From Solirubrobacteraceae bacterium (GTDB lineage: Bacteria; Actinomycetota; Thermoleophilia; Solirubrobacterales; Solirubrobacteraceae), in assembly GCA_035264365.1 (NCBI GenBank), contig DATFQI010000391.1:1-59472 (forward strand): 59,472 bases of DNA, written 5' to 3'. The notes below the pieces were generated by a model, which saw only the letters and a program-made list of their open reading frames with translations, was not told the DNA's origin and did not search any database. The position numbers were made by a program, and so were the translations under genes. How positions within the stretch are numbered: position 1 is the first letter of the stretch; the number at the start of each line of letters is the position of its first letter. This document shows, piece after piece, positions 28,927 through 36,686 of the stretch.

Positions 28927-29226
28927 ATGTACCCGCACGTCAGACAGCTCCCGAGCCGGCCGCTGGAGGTGGAACGCAACCGTGAGCCGAGCATCGGGCG
29001 TCGCCGCAGGACCGGCCCGCCACGCTACAAGCTCGCGCTTCTCACCTGGGCGGGCGCGTACACGGTCATCACGCTGATGCTCACGCTGCTCGGTCCGCTT
29101 ATGACCGCCTGGCCGCTTGCCCTGCGCACGCTGGTGCTCAGCGCCACGATGGTGGTCACGCTCACATGGGTGGTCATGCCGCGCCTCACGCGACTGTTCC
29201 AGCCCTGGCTGGCCCCGCGCGGCTGA
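28927..29226 (+). CDS. small membrane protein with two predicted TM helices
   Basis: Track ORF 28837..29226 trimmed to ATG 28927, with GAGGGA upstream. PRYKLALLTWAGAYTVITLMLTLLGPLM...LRTLVLSATMVVTLTWVVMPRLTRLFQPWL resembles the membrane tail fused to some ABM-type monooxygenases. Confidence 0.55.
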   Translation: MYPHVRQLPSRPLEVERNREPSIGRRRRTGPPRYKLALLTWAGAYTVITLMLTLLGPLMTAWPLALRTLVLSATMVVTLTWVVMPRLTRLFQPWLAPRG

Positions 29227-29282
29227 CGGCACTCGCCTTGGCCGGTAGGCTCCGCCTCGTCGTCGAGCGAGGAGATGCCGCC

Positions 29283-29657
29283 GTGCAACACGAGCATACG
29301 GAGCATGTCGCGGCGCCGGCCGACGCCGTCTACGCCGCGATTGCAGACCTCGACAACCTGCCGCGGTTCGTGCCGCAGATGACCGCCGTCCGCTCTGCGG
29401 AAGGCGACCGGGTGGAGGTCGACGCCCGCTATGAGGGTCGCGAGCAGCACGGGGAGGCGTCATTCCGAGCCGATGACGGCGAGCGCCGCATCGAGTGGAG
29501 CGCGCCGAGCGGCTACCGGGGGTGGATGAAGGTCGACCCGGACGGCGATGGATCGCGGTTGACGCTCTTCCTCGACACCCGTCACGGAGCCGAGAGCGAC
29601 CACGACATCGCGGCCACGCTCGACGCGATCCGCATGCTCGTCGAAGCCGAGGTCTGA
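29283..29657 (+). CDS. SRPBCC (START/polyketide-cyclase-like) family protein
   Basis: Track ORF 29166..29657 trimmed to GTG 29283, with GGAG 8 nt upstream. VAAPADAVYAAIADLDNLPRFVPQM...W is typical of SRPBCC ligand-binding proteins. The start is uncertain. Confidence 0.62.
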   Translation: MQHEHTEHVAAPADAVYAAIADLDNLPRFVPQMTAVRSAEGDRVEVDARYEGREQHGEASFRADDGERRIEWSAPSGYRGWMKVDPDGDGSRLTLFLDTRHGAESDHDIAATLDAIRMLVEAEV

Positions 29658-29903
29658 CCGGCGGCGACCCGCATCGGACGTGACGGGCCGCCGCCGCGTG
29701 CGCGGTGGGCCGCTTCCCCAGGCGCGCGGACGACGCTGGGCGAGGCTACGGGCTCCACGGCGTTCCTTGATCGTGCACCGGCCGGCGGGAAACCGCCATT
29801 CCTTCTGCGGTCGGCCGCCACCGGCTCGGCGGCGGTCCACCTCCCGCGGCCGTGCCGCGGGCTTCAAGCTTCGCTCGAGGCAATCGACAAGGAGACGTGC
29901 TCC

Positions 29904-30206
29904 GTGATCAAGCTGACTGTGCTGTACGGCCCGCCGACCGACCCGGCGGCGTTCGAGGACTACTACGCGAACACGCATCTCGCGCTCGCGGCGAAGATCC
30001 CGAACGCGCGCCGCATCGAGGCGTCCAAGGTGGTCGCCACGCCGGCCGACGGCGAGGCGCCGTACCACCGCATCGCCGAGCTGTGGTTCGACAGCGCCGA
30101 CCAGATGCAGGCCGCTCTCGGCTCCGAGGAGGGCCGCGCAGCCGTCGAGGACATCGATGCCTTCGCGACCGGTGGAGCGACCGTCGTCGTCTCTGCGCTC
30201 GACTGA
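29904..30206 (+). CDS. EthD-family protein
   Basis: ORF 29904..30206, 100 aa, GTG start with AAGGAGA upstream. MIKLTVLYGPPTDPAAFEDYYANTHLALAAKIP...YHRIAELWFDSADQMQAAL matches the EthD pattern. Confidence 0.82.
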   Translation: MIKLTVLYGPPTDPAAFEDYYANTHLALAAKIPNARRIEASKVVATPADGEAPYHRIAELWFDSADQMQAALGSEEGRAAVEDIDAFATGGATVVVSALD

Positions 30207-30215
30207 GCGAAGCCG

Positions 30216-30500
30216 ATGCCGATCGCACGCGTCGCAACGTTCGACGAGGCACCCGTCCTGCACCCCGACGACGAGCGCCGCTCCCGAACGCTGCAAGAGC
30301 TCCTTCGATCGCTGCCCGGCTTCATCGCCGGCTACCACCTCCGCGAGGAACGGACCGGTCGCCTGATCTCGCTCACCCTCTGGGACAGCGATTCAAAGCT
30401 CGAAGCCGGCGAAGACGCCGTCCGCAACCGGCCCGTCGACGATCAGCGAGGGATCCGTCCCACTCGCGTCGAGCGCTGGATGCTCGACGCGAGCTTCTGA
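30216..30500 (+). CDS. ABM-like (dimeric alpha-beta barrel) protein
   Basis: ORF 30216..30500, 94 aa. It shares ARVATF, PG[FY][IV]AG[YF]H[LF]R and GI.P.RVE blocks with the protein at 36376..36648. Confidence 0.6.
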   Translation: MPIARVATFDEAPVLHPDDERRSRTLQELLRSLPGFIAGYHLREERTGRLISLTLWDSDSKLEAGEDAVRNRPVDDQRGIRPTRVERWMLDASF

Positions 30501-30650
30501 ACGGCAGGCCGAGGTGACCGCCGCCACTTGACGCGTGACCTCGGTCTCGCTCCGACATCACCGGCGGCGTTGCCGGGAGGTCTTGCTGCGGCGCGTCGTC
30601 CTCGCCGTCAGCAACCCCGTCGACCGACGGACAAGCCAAAGGAGCAATCG

Positions 30651-31196
30651 ATGTTCAAACCGAAGGCCAACACCATCCTCGGCACAACGGGAGGAAGACT
30701 GATGTGGAGCGGTCTGAGACGCCGGACGCTCATCGCGCTGCTCGTCCTGCCGGCGCTTGCCCTGCCGATGCAGGCAGCGGCGAATGCCCGGCTGCACGTC
30801 ACGGGACGAGAGGCCGGGACGTTCCAGCTGCTCGGTCCGTGCGAGTCGGGCGGCATGATCCTCGAAGTAACCGGCACCGGCCATGCCACCCACCTCGGAA
30901 ACTACAGCGGCAGCTATCGCGAGTGCCTCGACCCCGCGACGGGTGCTGTCACGGCCGGAACCTTCACGCTGACGGCGGCGAACGGCGACAAGGTGTTCGG
31001 CACCTACAGTGGCCGGGCCCTCCCCACCGGCGACCCGAACGTCGTCGCCTACCAGGATCCCGGCGTGATCACGGGCGGAACCGGCCGCTTCGCCGGTGCC
31101 GGCGGCATCCTGACCACAAGCGGCCTCGCAGACCTGGCGACCGGCGAATACACGGGGACGATCGGCGGCAGCGTGTCGCGCCGAGCATCGGGATAA
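30651..31196 (+). CDS. secreted hypothetical protein (signal peptide; GGTGRFAGAGG beta-barrel-like motif)
   Basis: Track ORF 30528..31196 trimmed to ATG 30651, with AAAGGAG 5 nt upstream. The hydrophobic signal is LIALLVLPALALPMQAAA. Confidence 0.55.
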   Translation: MFKPKANTILGTTGGRLMWSGLRRRTLIALLVLPALALPMQAAANARLHVTGREAGTFQLLGPCESGGMILEVTGTGHATHLGNYSGSYRECLDPATGAVTAGTFTLTAANGDKVFGTYSGRALPTGDPNVVAYQDPGVITGGTGRFAGAGGILTTSGLADLATGEYTGTIGGSVSRRASG

Positions 31197-31404
31197 CGCC
31201 TCCGCGCTGCGCTTCACGCGTCTCCTCGGAGAACACTCGATCCGGCTGGTACCGCTGGAGAGCGGCATGGGTATCACGAGACGTAGACCCGATGCCCTCG
31301 GAGACTCCCGTGTCACGCTCGCTGGCCGCGCTCGTGGCCCGCTCGCCGCGGGTGGCGGCACGATCGTCGTCCACGACTGCAGCGGCGAAGACATCGGGCG
31401 TCTC

Positions 31405-32172
31405 GTGGCCGAGCACCGCCTGATCTCCTCCGAGTTGCTCAAGTTGCGCAGCACCCGCACCGCCATCGCCCCGATTGCCTCCGTGGTCGGCTTGGTCGTG
31501 CTGATCGGGCTGATCGCAACGATCACCGCGGACTTCGAACAGGACGAGGTGCTCACCGTCGATCTGCTCGGGATCGCCGGCTTCGCGCAGGTCTTCGCGC
31601 TGATCCTCGGCATCCTCGCGGTCACGACGGAGTTTCGCCACGGGACCATCACGCGGACCATCACGCGGACCCTGATCGTCGCGCCGGACCGCGTGCGGGT
31701 CGTGCTGGCCAAGCTCGTCGCCCACGTCCTCGCCGGCCTGATCCTCGGCGTCCTGGCGGCCGGGCTGACGACCGCGATCGTGCTGATCACCCTGTCCTCG
31801 CGCGACATCGACAGCGGCCTGACGAGCCAGGAGATCACCGAAGTCGTCTTCGGGCTCATCCTGGGCACGGCGCTGTGGGCGGCGCTGGGCGTCGGGCTCG
31901 GCGCGCTGGTGCGCAACGAGGTCGGCGCGATCGTCGGCGCGCTCGGGTGGGCGCTCCTGGTCGAGAATCTGCTGACGATCGTCCCCACGGTCGGCGACTG
32001 GGTGCAGAAGTACGGCCTCAACGGCGTAACCAACGCGTTGAGCAACATCGAATCCGAGGTGACCGGCGACGTCCTCTCCCAGGCGGCCGGCGGGGCGCTG
32101 CTGCTGGCCTACGCCGCGACATTCGTGATCGCCGGCACGGGGGCGATGCGCCGACGCGACGTCACGAGCTGA
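31405..32172 (+). CDS. ABC-2 type transporter permease, no partner ATPase gene
   Basis: The ORF opens at 31267. The first 20 codons have poor bias, so GTG 31405 (VAEHRLISSELLKLRSTRT...) is my preferred start. It has six hydrophobic spans and an EFRHGTI motif typical of ABC-2 permeases. Confidence 0.68.
   Translation: MAEHRLISSELLKLRSTRTAIAPIASVVGLVVLIGLIATITADFEQDEVLTVDLLGIAGFAQVFALILGILAVTTEFRHGTITRTITRTLIVAPDRVRVVLAKLVAHVLAGLILGVLAAGLTTAIVLITLSSRDIDSGLTSQEITEVVFGLILGTALWAALGVGLGALVRNEVGAIVGALGWALLVENLLTIVPTVGDWVQKYGLNGVTNALSNIESEVTGDVLSQAAGGALLLAYAATFVIAGTGAMRRRDVTS
31643..31671 (+). repeat. in-frame 12-bp tandem duplication GGACCATCACGC x2 (+5 nt of a third unit)
   Basis: Read directly from the sequence. 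It encodes GTITRTITRT inside the conserved EF.HGTI..T motif of the permease. Confidence 0.85.
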
Positions 32173-32270
32173 GGGGAATCCGCCTGCACCGCTCGGACTG
32201 ATACGGCGCACGTGTCGGATGAGACCGGTTGGGTGTTGAGGCGCGGCTTCCAGGCGGGTTCACTGGATGC

Positions 32271-32990
32271 ATGCCGCGCGCTCCCCGGTCGATGGCTCTT
32301 CTCGCCGTAGGCGTCGCGGCGTTCGCCGGTACCTACGCGCTCCGCTCCAAGCGCGAGCCGAGGCGCGCCACCGGCGCGGCTTACACGACATCCGCGGCGC
32401 CCACAGCATCCGCAACTCCCACGGCACCCGCGACGCCCACGGCATCCGCAACGCCCGCGCCATCCGCGTCGCCCACGGCCGGCCGCATGGACCAGGCGGC
32501 CTTCTGGCGGCTCGTCGCCGATACGCGAAGCGCCGCCGGCAGCGACACCGAGAGGCAGTCGGAACTGCTCGAAGAGCGCCTGCGCCAACTCCCCGCTCAG
32601 CAGATCGCCGCCTTCGCGCGCATCCGTCGCGCGCTCGACCGGCGCGCGTACACCTGGGACGTCTGGGGCGCGGCCTACGTCATCGAGGATGGTTGCTCGG
32701 ACGACTGCTTCCGCGACTTCCGCGGCTATCTCATCTCACTGGGCCCAGGGCCGTACAACACCTTCCTCCGGAGCCCGGACGCGCTTGCGCAAACCGTCCA
32801 GGACGCCGAGACCGGAGACTGGGAGAACGCCGACGACGTCGCGCCCGACGCCTACGAGAGCGTCACCGGCCAGGACATCCCCGGCGACTCGTCCGACCTG
32901 TCGGGCGACCCGCGCGGCACGCCCTGGGACGACGATCAGACCGAGGCGCTCGGGCAGCGCTACCCAAGGCTGGCCGCGCGCTTCCGATGA
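32271..32990 (+). CDS. DUF4240-domain protein with N-terminal hydrophobic anchor and Pro/Thr/Ala linker
   Basis: Track ORF 32229..32990 trimmed to ATG 32271 (MPRAPRSMALLAVGVAAFAG...). The C-terminal part, MDQAAFWRLVADTR...YTWDVWGAAYVIEDGCSDDCFRDFRGYLISLG, is the DUF4240 pattern. Confidence 0.7.
   Translation: MPRAPRSMALLAVGVAAFAGTYALRSKREPRRATGAAYTTSAAPTASATPTAPATPTASATPAPSASPTAGRMDQAAFWRLVADTRSAAGSDTERQSELLEERLRQLPAQQIAAFARIRRALDRRAYTWDVWGAAYVIEDGCSDDCFRDFRGYLISLGPGPYNTFLRSPDALAQTVQDAETGDWENADDVAPDAYESVTGQDIPGDSSDLSGDPRGTPWDDDQTEALGQRYPRLAARFR
32400..32480 (+). repeat. imperfect 18-bp tandem repeat x4.5 (CCCACGGCATCCGCAACG consensus) encoding PTA[SP]AT hexapeptides
   Basis: The units start at 32400, 32418, 32436, 32454 and 32472. 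Read directly from the sequence. Confidence 0.85.
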
Positions 32991-33219
32991 CCTCTCAGGC
33001 GGCAACGCGGAATGGTCGGAGTTGCACGGAGTTGCGCTCGCTTGCGCTCGATTTTGACCACGGATCGGTCCCGTGGTGCACCAGCGAAGACCGGGCGCAC
33101 GCACGAGCCGTGAGACCGCGATGCGAACGCACGACCGACCAGGTGCCCTGGCGAAAACGACTAGGGCGAGAACGACGCGAATCGCTCGTCGCCAACCTGC
33201 ATCGTTGCCTCGGTGGGCG

Positions 33220-33399
33220 ATGAGCGCGCAGGAGCTCCTATCCGCGCTGGTGGGCGAGCTGCCCATACCTGAGGTAGTGGAGCCGCTCGACTTCCTGGAT
33301 GACGAACTCCTACCGCTGGCTCTCGCCCTGGTGGAGCCCACGGCGTTCACGCTGGCGTGCGCTCAGTCGCTCTGGGGCGCCTATGGGCCCCGCAACTGA
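33220..33399 (+). CDS. possible small acidic ORF (59 aa)
   Basis: This is the tail of track ORF 33073..33399, from ATG 33220: MSAQELLSALVGELPIPEVVEPLDFLDDELLPLALALVEPTAFTLACAQSLWGAYGPRN. Third-position bias is fair. I see no clear RBS and no recognisable family. Confidence 0.3.
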   Translation: MSAQELLSALVGELPIPEVVEPLDFLDDELLPLALALVEPTAFTLACAQSLWGAYGPRN

Positions 33400-33657
33400 G
33401 GGGTTCAGGGGCCAGCACGTCAGATACACCCGCAACGCGCTCTTCGTCGTTTGCAGGTCGTCTGCGACCCGGGAGACAGGAATTGCACCGGCGACCGCCC
33501 GGCCCCGAGCCGGAGCGATCCGGGCGTGCCCGGTGCTCTCCCGCGCTCTATAGCGGCATGAGCTGACGGCCCTTTTCACCAGCCCGACCGGTCCTAGGAG
33601 CCCGCTCATCAGCCCTGCGGGGCATAATGCGGGGAACGGAAGGGAGCTCTTCGAAAC

Positions 33658-36195
33658 GTGGGTAGGCCGCCGCATACGCCGGAGGCGAGCACCGAGCTGG
33701 ACGAGTTCTTCGACCTCTCGATCGACCTGCTGTGCATCGTCGGCTTCGACGGCTACTTCAAGCGGGTCAATCCGGCGCTGGCGCGCACGCTGGGGTATCC
33801 GTCGCGAGAGCTCTTCTCGCGAACCGTCTTCGACATCACGCATCCGGACGACGTCGAGCCCTCGCGCGAGGCGCTCTCGAACCTCCAAGAGGGCCAGGAT
33901 CTGGTCGGCTTCGAGTCCCGGGTGATCTCCGCCGACGGCTCCGTGCGGTGGCTCGAGTGGAACACGCGGACGATGCCCGACCGAGGCGTCGTTTATGGCG
34001 TCGCACGGGACACCACGGAGCGCCGCCGCACGGAGGACGACTTGCGCGAGGCGCACGGTCTGCTGGCGTTGCGCGCCGGCGAGCTGGCCCAGCTCGCCGA
34101 GGAGCAGGCCGCGCTCAAGCGCGTGGCGACGCTCGTCGCCCACGAGACCGCCCCCGAGGCGGTGTTCGCCGCGGTGGGCCGCGAGGTCGGTCAGGTGCTC
34201 GGGGTGGACGCCACGCACCTGGGCCGTTTCGAGCCGGGCGACACGATCGTCAGCGTCGCGCAATGGGGCGCCAGCCCGGGCGTCGCGGTCGGAGCCTCCT
34301 TCCCGCTCGAGGGCGACAGCGTCTCCGCCCGGGTACTGCGGACCGGCCGGCCGGCCCGCATGGACGGCTACGACGACGCCCCCGGCGCGATCGCTGCGAC
34401 GGTGAGGGAGACCGGCATCCGCTTCGCCATCGGCGTGCCGATCTCGGTCGAGGGGCGGCCGTGGGGCGTGATGATCGCCACCTCGAAGGGCGACGAGCCG
34501 TTCCCCGCCGAGACGGAGGTGCGCCTGCAGCACTTCACGGAGCTCGTGGCGACCGCGGTCGCCAACGCCAGCGCGCGCGCCAGCGTCCGCATCCTCGCCG
34601 ACGAGCAGGCGGCGCTGCGCCGGGTCGCCACGCTCGTCGCCCGGCAGACGCCGGAGGCCGGGGTCTTCCACGCTATCGCCGAGGAGATGGGCCGGCTGCT
34701 CGCGGTCGACTCGATCGAAATGGTCCGCTACCAGGACGACCGGGAGGTCACCTTCGTCGCCGGCTGGGGCCCGCTCGCCACTTCGCTGCCGACCGGGACA
34801 CGCGTGCCGCTCGGCGGCAACAACGTCACGTCGCTCGTCTTCCGCTCCGGGCGCCCCGCGCGCCTCGACGACTATCGGACGGCAAGCGGGCCGATCGGCG
34901 AGCGCCTGACGGCCGGAGGCGTGCGAGCGGCGGTGGGCGGTCCCATCCTCGCCGAGGGGCGGCTTTGGGGCGCCATGATCGCGGCCAGCACGCGGGAGCC
35001 CTCGCTCCCCTCCGATACCGAGGCGCGCATGGGTCAGTTCACCGAGCTGATGGCCACGGCGATCGCGAACGCCGAGACGCGGGCAGAGGTCGCGCGCCTC
35101 GCCGACGAGCAGGCTGCGCTCCGGCGGGTGGCCACGCTGGTCGCGCAGGGCCGCGCCCCGGCCGACGTCTTCGACGCCGTGACCACGGAGGTAGGCGAGA
35201 TCATGAACGCCTCGGCGGTGGTGCTCGGGCGCTATGACGAGGACGTCCTGACGGTGGTCGCCACGAGCGGCACGCGGTACGTGCGGGTCGGCGAGCAGTA
35301 TCCGGTCGGTGGGGCGAACGTCACCTCGATCGTGCTGCGCACGGGGCGGCCGGCACGCCTCGACGACTGGGCGAAGGGAAGCGGCCGGATCGGCGAGCTC
35401 GCACGCCAGGCGGGCATCCGGGCGACGGTCGGAGCACCTGTGACGGTGGAGGGCCGCAGGTGGGGCGTGCTGATCGCGCTTTGGGAAGATCCCATGCCGC
35501 CTGCCGCCGACACCGAGAAGCGGCTGGCGGGCTTCGCGGAGATGCTCGACACGGCGATCGCCAACGCCCACAGCCGCGACGAGCTCGCGGCATCGCGCGC
35601 GCGCGTGCTCGCCGCCGGCGACGACGCGCGCCGGCGCGTGGTGCGGGATCTCCACGACGGCGCCCAACAGCGTCTCGTGCACACGACGGTGACGTTGAAG
35701 CTGGCGCAACAGGCGCTGCGTGAGCAGCGCAGCGACGCCGAGGCGTTCCTGACCGAGGCGCTCGAGAACGCCGAGCTCGCCACGGAGGAGCTGCGCGAGC
35801 TGGCCCACGGCATCCTGCCGTCGGTGCTGAGCCGCGGCGGGCTGCGCGCGGCCGTCGCCGCGCTCGCCGGCCGGTCGGGCCTCCCCGTCGACGTGGAGGT
35901 CACGGATGAGCGGCTCCGCCCGGACATCGAGGCCAGCGCGTACTTCATCCTCGCCGAGGCGATGACCAACGTCGTGAAGCACGCCCGGGCTACGCGCGCA
36001 GTCATGAAGGCAACGGTCGACGGCGGCATGCTGACGCTCGCGGTCCGCGACGACGGGGTGGGCGGCGCCGACCTCCAGGGGCATGGCCTCATCGGCATCG
36101 CGGACCGGGTCGACGCGCTCGGCGGCCGCATGAAGGTCGAACGGGCGACCGGCGGGGGGACCGCGCTCACCGTCCAGCTGCCGCTGACCAGCTAG
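33658..36195 (+). CDS. PAS + three GAF domains sensor histidine kinase (HisKA_3 + HATPase_c)
   Basis: ORF 33658..36195, 845 aa, GTG start with GGAAGGGAG upstream. The PAS region reads LLCIVGFDGYFKRVNPALARTLGY. Three LA[ED]EQAAL[KR]RVATLVA-initiated GAF modules follow. The H-box is ARRRVVRDLHDGAQQRL. The ATPase region includes EAMTNVVKHA ... GHGLIGIADRV. Confidence 0.88.
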   Translation: MGRPPHTPEASTELDEFFDLSIDLLCIVGFDGYFKRVNPALARTLGYPSRELFSRTVFDITHPDDVEPSREALSNLQEGQDLVGFESRVISADGSVRWLEWNTRTMPDRGVVYGVARDTTERRRTEDDLREAHGLLALRAGELAQLAEEQAALKRVATLVAHETAPEAVFAAVGREVGQVLGVDATHLGRFEPGDTIVSVAQWGASPGVAVGASFPLEGDSVSARVLRTGRPARMDGYDDAPGAIAATVRETGIRFAIGVPISVEGRPWGVMIATSKGDEPFPAETEVRLQHFTELVATAVANASARASVRILADEQAALRRVATLVARQTPEAGVFHAIAEEMGRLLAVDSIEMVRYQDDREVTFVAGWGPLATSLPTGTRVPLGGNNVTSLVFRSGRPARLDDYRTASGPIGERLTAGGVRAAVGGPILAEGRLWGAMIAASTREPSLPSDTEARMGQFTELMATAIANAETRAEVARLADEQAALRRVATLVAQGRAPADVFDAVTTEVGEIMNASAVVLGRYDEDVLTVVATSGTRYVRVGEQYPVGGANVTSIVLRTGRPARLDDWAKGSGRIGELARQAGIRATVGAPVTVEGRRWGVLIALWEDPMPPAADTEKRLAGFAEMLDTAIANAHSRDELAASRARVLAAGDDARRRVVRDLHDGAQQRLVHTTVTLKLAQQALREQRSDAEAFLTEALENAELATEELRELAHGILPSVLSRGGLRAAVAALAGRSGLPVDVEVTDERLRPDIEASAYFILAEAMTNVVKHARATRAVMKATVDGGMLTLAVRDDGVGGADLQGHGLIGIADRVDALGGRMKVERATGGGTALTVQLPLTS
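34093..35600 (+). repeat. three tandem ~500-bp GAF-domain modules inside the kinase gene
   Basis: Module starts with CTCGCCGA[GC]GAGCAGGC... lie at 34093, 34594 and 35098, giving spacings of 501 and 504 bp. Confidence 0.75.
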
Positions 36196-36375
36196 TGATA
36201 CTTGGCGTCGCCCAGAGCGAGGCGCTCGCAGCGGCGGCCGAGCGAGCCACGGCCGCAACGTGCTCCTGGTGCGTGCGACCGCGTGCACAACATCCTCACC
36301 AGCGGGTATCTCGACCTGTGCGGCCGGCTATGCGGCCGACGACCGGCGACGCGCTCCCGATCGCGCCAGGCCGGT

Positions 36376-36648
36376 TCAGAACGCGAACGCTTCGAAGAAC
36401 TCGACGCGGTCGGGTTCGATGCCGACCTTGCGGTTGTCAGGGCGGCGACTCATCGCCTCGCGTGTGCGTTCCACGGCCGCTCGGTCCTCATAAACCGTGA
36501 CGGACATCGCCTTGTGCGACTTGGGGTCGCGAAAGTGGAAGCCCGCGACGTAGCCGGGCACCTCCCTGATGGTCTGCCGCAGGAGGTCCACCGAGCCATC
36601 ATCCAGGTCGTCCGGCAGGGAGTTGAAAGTTGCCACGCGAGCCAGCAC
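36376..36648 (-). CDS. ABM-like (dimeric alpha-beta barrel) protein
   Basis: ORF 36376..36648, 90 aa, GTG start with AGGAGGA upstream. It is a paralog of 30216..30500. Confidence 0.65.
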   Translation of the reverse strand: MLARVATFNSLPDDLDDGSVDLLRQTIREVPGYVAGFHFRDPKSHKAMSVTVYEDRAAVERTREAMSRRPDNRKVGIEPDRVEFFEAFAF

Positions 36649-36666
36649 GGATCCTCCTAGCGTTCG

Positions 36667-36683
36667 TTACAGTAGAACTGTAA
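36667..36683. promoter_or_regulatory. candidate TetR operator: perfect palindrome TTACAGT-AGA-ACTGTAA
   Basis: It fills most of the 38-bp gap between divergent start codons 36648 (-) and 36687 (+). This is locally AT-rich in a GC-rich genome. It contains the TGTAAT and TACAGT -10-like hexamers. Confidence 0.6.
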
Positions 36684-36686
36684 TCA

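Noticed and set aside
29460-32211. Long minus-strand ORFs 29460..30338, 30558..32048 and 31069..32211.
   Set aside because: They are antisense to a row of well-supported small plus-strand genes (EthD, ABM-like, secreted protein, ABC-2 permease). Their composition is low in complexity.
33310-36288. 992-aa minus-strand ORF, the longest in that region.
   Set aside because: It is exactly antisense to the PAS-3xGAF histidine kinase, which has unmistakable H-box and ATPase motifs. The antisense product is R/G/A/P-rich with no domain signatures.
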